DNA of 64,000 bases from Lingula anatina (lineage: Eukaryota > Animalia > Brachiopoda): contig CM120643.1 in the NCBI GenBank assembly GCA_051362555.1, positions 27,656,848-27,720,847 on the forward strand, read 5' to 3'. The notes below the pieces were generated by a model. That model was given only the letters and a program-made list of their open reading frames with translations, did no database searches and was not told where the DNA came from. The position numbers were made by a program, and so were the translations under genes. The first letter of the stretch is position 1, and every line of letters begins with the position of its first letter. Positions 24,901 through 36,768 of this stretch are shown piece by piece.

Positions 24901-25738
24901 TATCTTGTAAACTCTCAAGTTAATTGCCAGTGCCTATCCAAAGTAACAGAATCTATGATTTATTTCCTCTAAACTTTTTGTCCATATAAATTAAGAAGTC
25001 CATATATGGCAATTTACAAATATGAAGCCCAGTGACCTTGACCTACTGACCTGATATTCATTTGTACGCACCCACTTTCCATGTTCTCCAGCCCTATTAA
25101 TTTAGTAACATCATTGTAGAGCAAAATGGTTTAATAAATTAATCAAACCCATTGTCTACATAGACTTGAATGAATCCACCACGATTTTTTGCCTTAAAAA
25201 TGGCCAACTTTGGAGGTATTTTTCAGTACCTGTTTTAATACAGCAGTAACTTTTGAAACTTGATTTGGAATGATCCATATCTGCCTAAAATATTCATGCA
25301 GTTTTATAGCTGTAAACCCTGTGAAGATGGAGATATATGCAATTAAAGATGGTAGTATCAAAATTGGACTTTGGGGGGAGGGGTGTTATAAATGGGTGTG
25401 GCTCGCCCAAGCAGGGTCTTATCTGAATTCTACATATATCTGTGGCAAGACAAATGATTGTTTTCAATGATTGTAAGGTCTAATATTTTTTAGTTTTCTC
25501 CATTTTTGTTTAATTTACACAAAATATATCATTATTTTTCCAAGGTAAAAATGGAATCTCAAAGAGGCTACATAAGCCATGACTTATAATAGGCTATAAT
25601 TCTCTGAAGAAAGGATATTTTTGGGATTCCTTCCTAACTCATTAATAACTTCCTAATATGCCTCCATACAACAAATTTGGTTGAAATCCGCTGACCCCCA
25701 CCTTGCCACCCTGGGCTGGTTCTCTCGTGGACAAGCTC
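21963..25738 (+). mobile_element. Decayed TTAA-targeting DNA transposon, probably Sola3
   Basis: TTAA on both sides (21959-21962, 25739-25742); TIRs gtgtgtgtccacgagaaaacca / tggttctctcgtggacaagctc plus an inner IR ggcaaggtgggggt / acccccaccttgcc; right end CTC. Broken + strand coding relics: CNRDINSHL..SYESKLILVRC (~22830-22920), YINESHNITNAEERHEALVS (~23688), WTGVSNYNNL (~23802), FSCPE (~23983). The insertion is absent from the homologous flank of paralog B (~32880-32960). Confidence 0.75.
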
Positions 25739-25987
25739 TTAAATCGGTAAGATTTATTATGTAATTTATTCATGGTTATTCTCATTATAACACAAAGTCA
25801 CAGATTAATTTTAAGTAATTCTTGGAAGGTGTCTACGCCTGGTTGTCCTTGCACTCTTCAACTTATTCGTTTTGCAGACAAGGCACAGTCGAAAACATTC
25901 ACGAGGGCGGACTTGAACAGTTATTGTGTTGATTAAGTTTATCATTCCATCTCCACCCCACATCAAAACCGTGGAACGTGCTTTAGG

Positions 25988-26193
25988 GACCATTCCCAGA
26001 CCCTGTCGTACTGTAGTACTATCGATTTATCTCCAAGGGGATTCTTACTAAATTGCAATCAAATTGAACGGCTTAGATTTCTGACACGCCTGCTGAAGCT
26101 GCTATAGGGTAATTAATTATCGTTTAGCAGCTTCAGTAGACGTGCCAGACATCTAAGCCGTTTAAGCTGAAACAATTTAGCGAGGAACCCCTG
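25988..26193. mobile_element. Palindromic (foldback) MITE, same family as 28015-28244
   Basis: ctaaattg..aacggcttagatttctgacacgcctgctgaagctgcta mirrors tagcagcttcagtagacgtgccagacatctaagccgttt..caatttag. Confidence 0.7.
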
Positions 26194-26929
26194 TTTCTTT
26201 ATAATGCTGGTACTTTGTCACTTTTTTACAGGCAGTAAACCAAATTAAAACAAGGTCACAAAGAGTCATTAAAATACAAATCAAAAAGCACGAAAAGTCA
26301 TTATGATGATTTTTATGAATGCGACAATATTCCATTAACAATACATGAAATCGTCTAATTGATAAATCAAACCAACAAACCTCTTCGGGTGACAAGTATT
26401 CAATGTCACAGAGAGGAAGCAGTGTGAAAAAATAAAGAGTAATCAGTCAGAATGTGCCACCGGTACCATTAATGCAGGAGTACCACAAATTACAAAGCTT
26501 GGCCCTGTACTTGTGACTACGATCAACGACCTCAAAACATCCACGGACGCCTTTAAATGTGTCGATGACACTTCTCTTATTAGGTTTGTAAATAACACTT
26601 ATCAAAGTCAGACTATACTTGCCGAGGGTAAGCACTATGCACTCAGCCAAAAGTTCTGAAACATCGTTATTTTCAATAATTATAAAATAACCAAGCACGT
26701 GGGGCGGTGAATAAACGGGAGGTGTTCTATTTTATTTTCTTGCATTAATATGTAAATAAGAATTTTACATAAAAGAAACGGAAAATCATTATTTTGGCCC
26801 ACTTGGGCAATTTTAACTTATCTATCTACCTTTTTATTGTTTAGACTATTACTATTACAACCAGCATTAATCATTTTAATTGTTTTATTCACCTCAGCTT
26901 TCATTACTTATATAATTACTTTTAATTCT

Positions 26930-26987
26930 GATAATTTTATTAGTAAACAGCACTGAGACGGTAGTGTAGTGCGGTTTTTAAGAAATA

Positions 26988-27032
<45 letters not shown>
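26930..27032 (+). mobile_element. Probable 3' tail of a CR1/L2-group LINE ending in (ATT)n
   Basis: gtaaacagcactgagacggtagtgtagtgcggtttttaagaaatata followed by ~15 ATT units; similarity to typical LINE ends judged by eye. Confidence 0.45.
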
Positions 27033-27033
<1 letters not shown>

Positions 27034-27060
27034 AGCACGATCATTGTGTAATGTATAGCT

Positions 27061-27295
27061 GGAGACCGGGGCTAGTTGGACCCCGGGGTAAGTTGTCCCC
27101 CATCAATTTATGACAAAGTAACTATGGGGTAAAAGAATTGATCACATCATTTTGTAAAGTGACCGTATCCAATAGTGCTAAGAAAGCGTCGGCAGCGAGT
27201 CCAAATGAAATAATTTAGCATTTTAAAGTAACTTTATTAAAGAGACTTGATGGGAGGCCAACTTACCCTGGGGTCCAATTAGCCCCGGTCTCCCC
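27061..27295. mobile_element. MITE with ~35-40 bp TIRs
   Basis: ggagaccggggctagttggaccccggggtaagttg / caacttaccctggggtccaattagccccggtctcc. Confidence 0.8.
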
Positions 27296-27719
27296 TTAAT
27301 AGGCTTAACGAGTTGGCAATCACAATTCAAACCGTCTTTATCTCCTTTTCGCTGAAAAATGAAATCCAGTGTTGTATATGCATCAGGATTTATTTTTATC
27401 GCAAATATCATTTCAGAGCTATGGAGTATGACTCATCGATTTTTTTTATCAATATGCAAATAACACTATCATATGTGTACTTTTTAGAAGTATATATACA
27501 TATGCCTACACTGAGCATGCTAACATGATTATTGGCAAAGGAACCGTTTTGGCTGAAATCAATATGTTCAAATAAATTCGTCGGGTGTCTTGTTTTGTAC
27601 CAGATCAGAGTTCCATCAGTAAAGTCCTGCATCTACACCATGTGATACACTGCAACAGACTAACTGAAACTGTCTGTGACAACGCTTCTGCGGGGCACAG
27701 AACTTGTCAAGTCGTGGAT

Positions 27720-29088
27720 TCAAGGTTTTGCGCCTTTTTTAAGGACACACTTCCTAAGCTTTCCGTCGATCAAAATAGACGATGCCATCTCATTGATCTG
27801 CTTCATGTTAGGATTGTTACCAACAGCAACGACACAAATAATTATTCCTGAAATGACAGAGTAGTTTATGTAATTGACGAATATAGGTAAAGGCAAAATT
27901 ACTTTTAAATGAATGAACTACTTTTTTATTAATATCTCACTCTTTAATGTTCAAAAAGTCTGTTAATTTGAAAGGTAACCTGGCCCCAGTGTAAAAAAAG
28001 AAAACAAATTTAAGAGACCATTCCCACAGACATTTGGATCGATCTATCTCCCTGGGGAGTCTCACTAAATTGCTGTCAACTTGTCACGCCTAGTAAAGCT
28101 GTTAGGGGGTAATTATCTTTACCCCCTAGCTGATTTGGTGGGTGTGACAGACATTTAAGCCGGTTAGTTGATGACAATTTAGTGAGACTCCCCTGGGAGT
28201 TAGATCGATCCAGATGGATCGATCTATGTGTGGGAACCCAGTCTAAGTCAGTTCCCTGGCTTAAGTGACTAGGATTTCTATGAGAGAGCTGTTACACTGT
28301 TCCTGATAGGGTAATAATAATAATAATAATAATAATAAACTTTATTTAAAGAGGGTAAAACATGTTAAGTGTATACACTTATCTTAAACATGGCCCTCAA
28401 CCACGTGACAATGTAACCTTGGTAACTAATTTCTCAGCCAGGGAACACTGATTTTTTTTTTTTTTTTTTTTTTTTTTTGAAACCGGATCCTGATCTTGAA
28501 GTACAAACCTTTCTTTTTCATGGCCTCTGCCTTTTTCACCGGGTCTCCCTTATCAGGCTTATCAGGCTCACCAACCGTATGTTTTCCATCAGTGTATATG
28601 ACCACCAGGCGTTTACCAGCGGCACCGAGTTCGCCGTCACACAACTCCAAAGCCCTCTTTGTATACGTGAAGATACCTGTGTAAATATGGCGAAAGATGC
28701 TATAACGAATCTTTTCTAATTCTGTAAGTAAATATTTCCAAATATCACTAATCTAATAGTTTTATAAAACCAACTTTAATGTACTGTTGCAGCAATAACT
28801 TATTTCTAATAGCCTATTCGATCTTGGCTTTTAATTTTTTTAAAAAATCAATTATTTAAAATTTTACAATCATTTATTTTTAAAAAGCTTTTTTATTTGA
28901 GAAATAAATGCTATGCATAAAATGCATTAAAGCAAAAACAGTGTTTGCTACAGTGCATGTATATTGATGTATGTACACGTGCTTATGGCAGTATGTGTGA
29001 TTGTGTATGTATTTGTGTATCTCCGCGCGCGCGTGCGTGCGTGTGTGTGTGTGTGTGTGTGTGCGTGTGTGTGGTGTGTCCGTGATTG

Positions 29089-29154
<66 letters not shown>

Positions 29155-32100
29155 GTATGTATGTATTATATGTGCATGTGTGTTTGCCAGCGTGTGTATG
29201 CGTCTGTGATCAAGTGCTTGTGTGTCCGGGACTGTAGTTGATTTATGTGATGAGCGATACTCAGGGCAGAAACCACTAAATCAGCCAATCAGCAAATGTA
29301 GTTCAGTGAGAGATAATGATTGCTTTTTTTTTCATTTTTTTTCCTGGTATTTCTTGTGTGTTGCTAGGGTTAGTTTTGGTATCAACTAGCAGGCTAGGGT
29401 GTATACTAGGCCTACTGCCAGTTTTATTTTCAGGACCAGGCTCAGGTGCGGTGCAGTCGTGAGACCTCTGGCGGAAGGGGCTACTGACTGTGAGTGGTGC
29501 AGTGGTTTGTTTACAAACAGAGGGGCGCACATGTTCAAGTGATGCCGGTAAGCAAGAAAGTCTGATGACAGTACATTTTTTTGCCATTGGGAGTTATGTC
29601 AGTGTGTCTGCTGTCATGGGAAATGTTTCACAGAGTAATTTTGTTCATGCAGTGTTGCAGGCATTTCTTAGTATGGTCGTCAATGGGAAATTAATTGGTG
29701 GTTTCTGCCCTTCACTAATATAATTAAAAGTATCATTTACAAACACGCTGACCTTACCCTCTTTCGGAACCAGATCAAGAGCATCACGATTGATGATAGT
29801 CCCCAGTTTGTGGAAGACCTTTGTCACGTCGACGTCCGTGTCAGAGAAGCGTACCAGGCCAAGTCTGTGTTTTGTGGGGCCAATACTGTTCGGACCAGGG
29901 GTTTTGCTGATGATTTCTATAAGGTCCTTAAACATAATTTATTTGAATCTGTATCGTGTATTTAGTTACAAGTTGCACCATTAAGTTATGCATGTAGATG
30001 TACAGTATATATCCGCATATATTGTATTCCCCTTACAAATTACAAATGAGGACACAAAAAGCAAATTAATTAAGAGCGGTTTCCCAATAACAGTGTCATT
30101 CTACAAAGATTTATGTGTGAGATAATACACTGTCACCCGAGCGATATATGCCATAACACCACGAGCGTCAGCGACATATTTGACATACATACCGAGAAAA
30201 AATACAGTCATTTCATCCTAAAACACCCCTAAAACCGAATAAAGTGACCCTATATCACGCTCTATGTTATATGAAATAAACTCGTCCACGTGCGCTGGTC
30301 ACCTCCCACCAAATTCTTACGTAATGTCTGACCAATTTGGTCAATTTTTGCTAAATACTTGTCATGGACGTTCAACTGGCGTGAAAAGTATTAAATCAAT
30401 CGTCGACACTGACCGCACGCTTCTCAACTGAGCCGCACCTAGCTGGGCCTGCTGCAGAAGGCAAAACCTCTACTTTTAAGTGACATTTCTGATAAACAAG
30501 GAGCGTCGGACCGGAATATAGTCAAACTAATTTTTCTCAAGTGCAAAGGAGAAAGAAATTTACTTTTTGGTGATATTTCTGACAACGAGGTAGTTTCGGA
30601 ATATAGTCAAACGGATGTTTATTTCAAGTTCACGGGAGTAATAATTCTAGTTTTTATTGTTATTTCTGACGACGAGGCGGTTACGGAATACAATCAAAAT
30701 CAAACGGATGTTCATTTCAAGTCCACAGGAGTAATAATTCTACGTTTTGGTGACATTTTTTACTACGTGGCGGTTTCGGAATATACATGTATTGGTTTTC
30801 AGAGCATGGAGCATGCTACATGTAATTACAAGTTCAAATGGGGAATATATTTTATTTTTACCGATATATCTGATAAAGAGGAAGAATGAACAGCTTAAAA
30901 TCAAAAGGTAAATAACACAACCCTCGTTAAAAAGTTATAAATTTACAAATAATTTATATGCACGTGTGGCTTAAATGTAAACTAATTCCCGTTTCCAAAC
31001 CATACCGATATGATATGACTTAGTGTAATAAAGTTATAAATAATAATTGTTAAACGTGAAATGTTTATGCTATTTTTTTTAAGAGTGTGAGAGATTTTAA
31101 ATTTGTCTACTGGTAGATATATAACGCAAGCAACGTCACTAATCTCTTGATACCAAGAAAGTCACATGATCAATCTGTTTTTGACTTCCAACATTTAAGA
31201 GACCTCGACTGATTTAACCAAGATGTAGTCGTGAAATTCTAGACTACATCATAGTTAAATCAGAGTTTTCCGAGAGACGCTACGCAAAAATGTCGAGTGA
31301 AGCGAGATATTTTTGGGTAGAGGCTCGAGGTTGCCCTCGATCTTCACTGAAGCTTGGCTAAATGGACAGGCTTCAGTGATCATCATATCGCCACGGTCAC
31401 ATAACATCCCTAGGTATGTATCTACATTCGGCCCCAAAGATCTTCACTAATACCCTTTTTACACTGGACGGCCTCCTTTCTGCGTCCTTTCTGCGACCAT
31501 GAAATTTGGCATCGCTGTGGTCTTAATAAGGAGGCACGAGCATTGATTTTGTATCAGAATGAATGCTCAATGATCGGCCATTTGTCGGCACGTAGAGTAT
31601 TATAATGTTTTAACTCTCAAATGGGGCCGTACTGCTGGACGCAGAAAGGACGCCGTCCAGTATAAAGGGGGCTTAAACAAGGGAGGGGGGCACAGCCTGT
31701 TTCACATCTGGAGCAGTGTTGCAGTGAACAGTTCTCACTAAACGGTTCACCATACTGTGTACATAACTTCAGTGTGACTGATGAATTCCCAAGTGTTGGG
31801 ATGGAAGCTTTCACAGGAACGCTGTCAGTTATAGCTTACAAAGTTAACAGTTTTAAAATTTTACTTATGAATAACATTACTACACAGATCAATTTTTATC
31901 TTTATATGCAAAGTTATTTTCAAATATTTATTTTTGTTTCACATATTGCAATATAAATATGATTTGATGACTTGATATCAGCAATGGGTGTTGTCAGGAA
32001 AGGAAGTGCACATTAAATATTCCATTTCTGATCACATTCAGCCGATCTTAGAGTTACGTCTTTAACCAAAGTCAGACAATGTATCTCACCCCGCACGATG

Positions 32101-32287
32101 ATTTGCTAGCCAACCATTCTTTGTCGCTGATGCTGCCGCTGCTGTCCAAAGCAAACATCACTTTCCAGTAGGGAGGCGGTTTACCCATCACAGCCTTAAT
32201 AATCTGCTCGGGTGTGAGATCGTCTTGTCCCAAAACAGTGAAAACCATTCCGACAACAATAAGCAGTACCAGCGCAGCTGACTTCAT
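27720..32287 (-). CDS. Secreted single VWA domain protein, paralog B (C-terminus shorter than paralog A)
   Basis: Exons 32287-32090, 29926-29758, 28676-28509, 27847-27720; same intron positions and phases as paralog A. Signal peptide MKSAALVLLIVVGMVFTVLG; FALDSSGSI, GLVRFS, GIFTYTKRAL, VIYTDG, ICVVAVG; ends KCVLKKGAKP*. Confidence 0.82.
28015..28244. mobile_element. Palindromic (foldback) MITE in intron 3 of VWA paralog B
   Basis: ggatcgatctatctccctggggagtctcactaaattg mirrors caatttagtgagactcccctgggagttagatcgatcc. Confidence 0.75.
28311..28400 (-). mobile_element. Short 3' tail of a non-LTR retrotransposon
   Basis: Minus strand reads gagggccatgtttaagataagtgtatacacttaacatgttttaccctctttaaataaagtt(tat)n: stem-loop, AATAAA, then a trinucleotide tail. 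Confidence 0.55.
29025..29148. repeat. Compound (GC)n(GT)n(AT)n microsatellite
   Basis: Read directly. Confidence 0.9.
30443..30889 (+). repeat. Degenerate 87-93 bp tandem repeat forming a stop-free frame
   Basis: Unit anchors at 30485, 30575, 30662 and 30755 (spacing 90, 87, 93); translation repeats F-x-D-I-S-D-x-E. Confidence 0.7.
31451..31673. mobile_element. PIF/Harbinger-type MITE with TAA target duplication
   Basis: ~37-bp TIRs taccctttttacactggacggcctcctttctgcgtcc / ggacgcagaaaggacgccgtccagtataaagggggct; TAA at 31448-31450 and 31674-31676. Confidence 0.8.
31773..31815 (+). ncRNA. Degenerate minimal type I hammerhead ribozyme
   Basis: tgtga-CTGATGA-at[tcccaa-gtg-ttggga]t-GGAA-gc-TT-tcaca: stem I tgtga/tcaca, stem II hairpin, palindromic AGCT in place of stem III; the core GAAA reads GGAA. 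Confidence 0.6.
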
Positions 32288-32375
32288 CTTCAGTGACAGT
32301 AGGACCTTGGTCCACGTGTAGACTATTGGAAAGGAATGACTTGCTTTTTGACAACGAGAACGACGTCTAAACCGC

Positions 32376-32383
32376 TATTTATA
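32376..32383 (-). promoter_or_regulatory. Candidate TATA box of VWA paralog B
   Basis: TATAAATA on the minus strand ~90 nt upstream of the ATG at 32287. Confidence 0.4.
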
Positions 32384-35345
32384 CGAAATACTTGCTTGCA
32401 CGTGCTCACAAATTCATTTTTACAATTTATTTCCGTGTGTAAACCAATCGTTTCATAAGATTCCCGGTGCTTTTTACCAGGTAAGTTTTTTTTCAAAATT
32501 CTTGACTCTAAGACACTGCTTTATTGGTAACGACATTGTTGCATTTTATAGCAGACATTTATCAGGCGCCTTCTTTTGAGACATATATATTTAATTCATT
32601 TAAACATTTACATCTGTCACATAGATTAGTAGAAGGTATGCGGATTTGAATTGTAAAAATATATTTCAGCATAGAAAGCAAAACATTACGATATTATTTA
32701 CCGGCTTGTTAAACTAGTTATAAAAGACATTCGTATCTATATAGTGATACAAGGACCAAATGGGTGCAAGAATATGTGTACCAAGGGTTTAGAAGAAACG
32801 CCATTTGAACATTAAAGACATCCAAACAGGGGATTATTTAAACGCAGTTTAAACGCATCTTAAGCACATTTGAAAAATGCTTTATCAACCTTTTATGATG
32901 ACATTGGTAAGATTTAATATGCATTTTATTCTTAATTATTACCATTACAATAAGTCACCCAGTAACGTTAGGTTGGTCGTGGAAGGTGCTCTCCCTGCTC
33001 TCTTCATATTATTCATGTGGCACCAATACACAAGTAAAAATTTACATGGGTGGACTCTTAAACAGTCATTGCGATGTTGGACTGTAACGTTACTTCAGCT
33101 CCGCCCAATATCAAATTTAAACCCTGGGACGTGCTTTATCTCACAGTACAGGTACGACCTTGAAGTCTGAATTTTGTGGTACAAGTCAGGTTTGGTAATG
33201 TCATATTTTGAGTAATAATCAAAGACTGAGATTATTAGATATAATGAAATGTTTCCAAATTATCAGTATGGCAAATGTCGTAATATCCACTGTGTAAATT
33301 TATTAAATCCATATTTTAGTCTGTGTTTGTTCATCTCCATTCCAATAAATTTCACATAAAGCATCACATAAAAAGAAAATGTAAATACAGGCGTTGTTAT
33401 TTTCAAAAGATAGTTTTAAAATAAAAAAAAACAGCACAGTTGAGGAAAATTCTTTTCATGCTCTAATAACACTCATTTCTACTGATGGATTATGAAAAAC
33501 CATAACGGTATGCGGTGCGATATATTCAGTTAATAAGAGAGACAGCAAGTTAGCATTATGTCAACATGAGGAACAACCCGGACACAAAGTATCACATGGT
33601 CCCAAAATTGAAAAAAACCCCCGAGATGATTGACAGTGAACAGGAAAGTCCTAGAAGCTATACACCTGTCCTCAAAACGACAAGACCATGCAGTCACTAA
33701 TGCCACCAATCTTTGATCGGGATTCTGTTCTGTTCTTGGATAAAAGCTCGACTCAACTGTTGTTTTAACAATTAAAATTAAAATTGGCAGGGCGGGGTTT
33801 CTTCTGTATGCAGCTCTACCCTATTCTTCCCAAATATTTTAAGCTGGGTTCATTAAAAGACTTTCGGTGGGTTGTTCCATAAGCAGAATGTTGTATTCCT
33901 TTATAAAACCCAGGGAAGCATTGAAATGCTGCAAGCGAAAGTTTGCCTGGAATATTGTACGTTTAAACGGGGTCAAATGATTTAGAAAGTGATTTAATTC
34001 AACCAGATCTCCCTCATCTGAAGTGCTTTCAAATCCGTTTTTAAAACGCGTATTTAATCCCAACTATCAGTACCACAATTTGTTACCAGGAAATCTTTTC
34101 GAAAGGCTTACTTATGATTCTAACAGTAAAGCGGTGAAATAACGCATTTCTTTGATGGAACATCGCAATTATCCATGATTTAAATACCAATCCAGTGAAC
34201 ATTTTTTGCGTAAGATGCAAATGATTAACAACCGAAGTAAAGTAAACGGTATTGACCTTATATTAAAAAAGGCTCTATTCATTCTATAATTTAGTTCAAA
34301 CTGCAAGGTACTTGTTCCTACTTCGATAGTTGAACTCATGTAAGTTGATATTAAGTATCAGTTTAGAGACCGCGAATGTAAATCACTTTAAATGTCACAG
34401 GTTATGTTAACGTAATAATAATTGCAGGGATAAAAATTGAACTAGTATTATTGTGATCATTGTGTGTTCGTCGGTCGGTCTCGCGTGGATTAGTTTGAAA
34501 AGATGACACATTAGCGAAAGTGTGTGCTAACATTACCTTGTTTGGATAGCGATGTCAGTCTTCATTTTTATTGGTGTCAGTGAGTAAAATATGTTTCTCA
34601 TATTCTCTTACTTTTTTTTATTGAGAATGTCTAAGATGCGATGACTAACGACTAAATTATGCAATTTGGCAAAGACTTTGTTAAAGTACCAGTCCCACAA
34701 ATTGTAACCCGTCCTTTTATAATTAAAATCATAATCGTAGGTACCGGAACAAGCAGCTGAAGATTGATGCCATCAAGATCACAGTGGGGGGGGGGGGGGG
34801 GGGGTCTGCTATTTATTTCGATTTATACTTTTCCTTGGCCAGAAACCCTCTCCGTTGGGTACAAAAAGAACTAGCAGAAATGGCAATTTGAAATACAGGT
34901 ACAGTAAAATGTATCTGCAGGCCTTTTCTTTCTCTTCTTTTAGAGAGTTCTAGTTCAACCCTTTCTGCTGAGGGTGTTGACAGCGGATCACCCCCTCTGT
35001 ACTGTCTACCCTCTAGCAGGACTGTTGGTTAATTAGGTGCCCTTTTCTCTAACGTGACCCTATAACTTTTGGCCAAATGGAAGCAATTATTACAGCAGAG
35101 AATCCTGTCATTAAATAGCCAGAGACACATCAGTGAATATCTAGTGATTATCTGGTAGAGGGTGGTATTTGTCTCTGTTAAGATTTCATATTGTTGTATA
35201 TACCTCTCAATTATGTCTCAGTTTCTCTCTGTCTCCGAGTACAGGTACGTCTCTCTTTCACGTTATGAAAATAAGACCAATAAATACTTAGATTTTTTTT
35301 CAAATGAGTGCAATCACCAACACATAGCCAATAATTCTAACAAAA

Positions 35346-35351
35346 TTTATT
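35346..35351 (-). promoter_or_regulatory. Candidate polyadenylation signal of the dynein gene
   Basis: AATAAA on the minus strand ~1.4 kb after the stop, followed by a GT-rich tract; the hexamer is common in this AT-rich DNA. Confidence 0.3.
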
Positions 35352-36768
35352 TAGTAAATCCCTTTGCAGAAATATATAAATGAAAAAAGTAATGGACGGA
35401 TGATTAAAAAATTGCCATTATACAAAGCAAGCAATTTTAAAATATTCAAAATACTCTTAAATATTAGCTAAAATATGCAGAATATATAACTTTGAAATTT
35501 TAATTCAATAGTCACTTACAATTAAGAGTAGCAAAATATTCACTGACACTTAAAAGTTTTGTAAATAAATCATGTTTACCCAGGCAAAAAGTGAAGGTAG
35601 GGCATTGATCACAGTTAAGTATATGTATATTTATAAGTATATACCAGTAAATATATAGCAAAAACACATCAGGCAACCATAACCTTATGCATATACATAG
35701 CCACGGCCACTTCAGTAAGAACACGGCACTAAAACATGTATAAAATCATCTGTAATATTTATCCATTCACCAGGTCCAAACATTGCATAGGGGAATTAAA
35801 TATATACATAATCTGGCTTTCAGATATTGACAGTGTTAAATGAAAAAATGATTCTTTTCAGCTTACTTTACTCTCCCATGCCATGCTGTCAATTCATAAC
35901 AAGATTTGACTTCTGACAGGAAACAACACAGAAATCAACACCTCTGAAATCAAAATAAGTGAAGGAACAAATATAGCCTCTGGCGAATACAGACGGAGAA
36001 TTCAGTATTATATTCCTTTGAGAGAACCCTGGAAAATTCAACCTCACATTTTGTATGGACTTAAATAAAGCTTATAGGAAATATGAGTTCACTGAAGTGA
36101 AAGCTGTGAAAAATGTAAAGTCACTTTCCATTAGAAATATGAATATATTTTCCATTATGATTCTCAAAGGTAAATTCCATTGATTTTTACAGTCCAGTAC
36201 AACATGATAACATTTAGAAAATTAAATACTGGGCCTGGTAGGCAAAAAAACATATCGTAATTTATAATGGCTGGGCTGCTCTGTTTTGTACTAGTACTAT
36301 ATACTGGGGTTTACATAAACATTTACAGGGGTATATCAGGACAAATATACTCTCCTGGGTACCAAAGCATACATTTGTTCTTAAAAATTAGTGATTTGTA
36401 AAAACTCAAAGATGGCTGCTGTCGAGAACAACGTCAAATTGATACAGGGTCAAACTATGTCAAACAGTAAGTGTGTATGATACATTTGCATTATACATTA
36501 ATAAAACTTATTAGAAAAACATTTTTGATTGTCAGAAAGCAAAGCTACTCAATGTCCTTAATACGTGTATGTTACATAGACTCCATGGGGTCTAAGTAAA
36601 AATGGCCACTGCATAGAGAAAAGTCTTGTTCCTGAATGCGAAATACACAAGTTTACATGTAAGTTTTGTAGCAGTGTCAGCAGTATTAACCAATACAGTC
36701 AGTATTAACAACAACAGCATTAACGTGGACAGTACCATGAACAATGCTGTCATTGTGCAACAATCTCT

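Larger units (their letters stand above)
31418..31870 (+). mobile_element. 3' end fragment of a Penelope-like element, split by a MITE
   Basis: Removing the MITE and one TAA gives IYIRPQRSSLNKGGGHSLFHIWSSV, matching the IYIRxxxxSLNRDGGxxLxxIW end of PLE GIY-YIG endonucleases; a minimal hammerhead follows. Boundaries approximate. Confidence 0.7.

Noticed and set aside
26447-26698. ORF with LISVIYKPN resembling a LINE AP-endonuclease fragment
   Set aside because: One weak motif only; cannot be supported without a search.
29230-29700. GC-richer intronic stretch with a 94-aa ORF as an extra VWA-B exon or LINE ORF1 relic
   Set aside because: Absent from paralog A, not needed for phase continuity, and no recognisable domain.
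33540-34063. Possible decayed reverse transcriptase (KYLGR motif, minus strand)
   Set aside because: Many stops and only one short motif.
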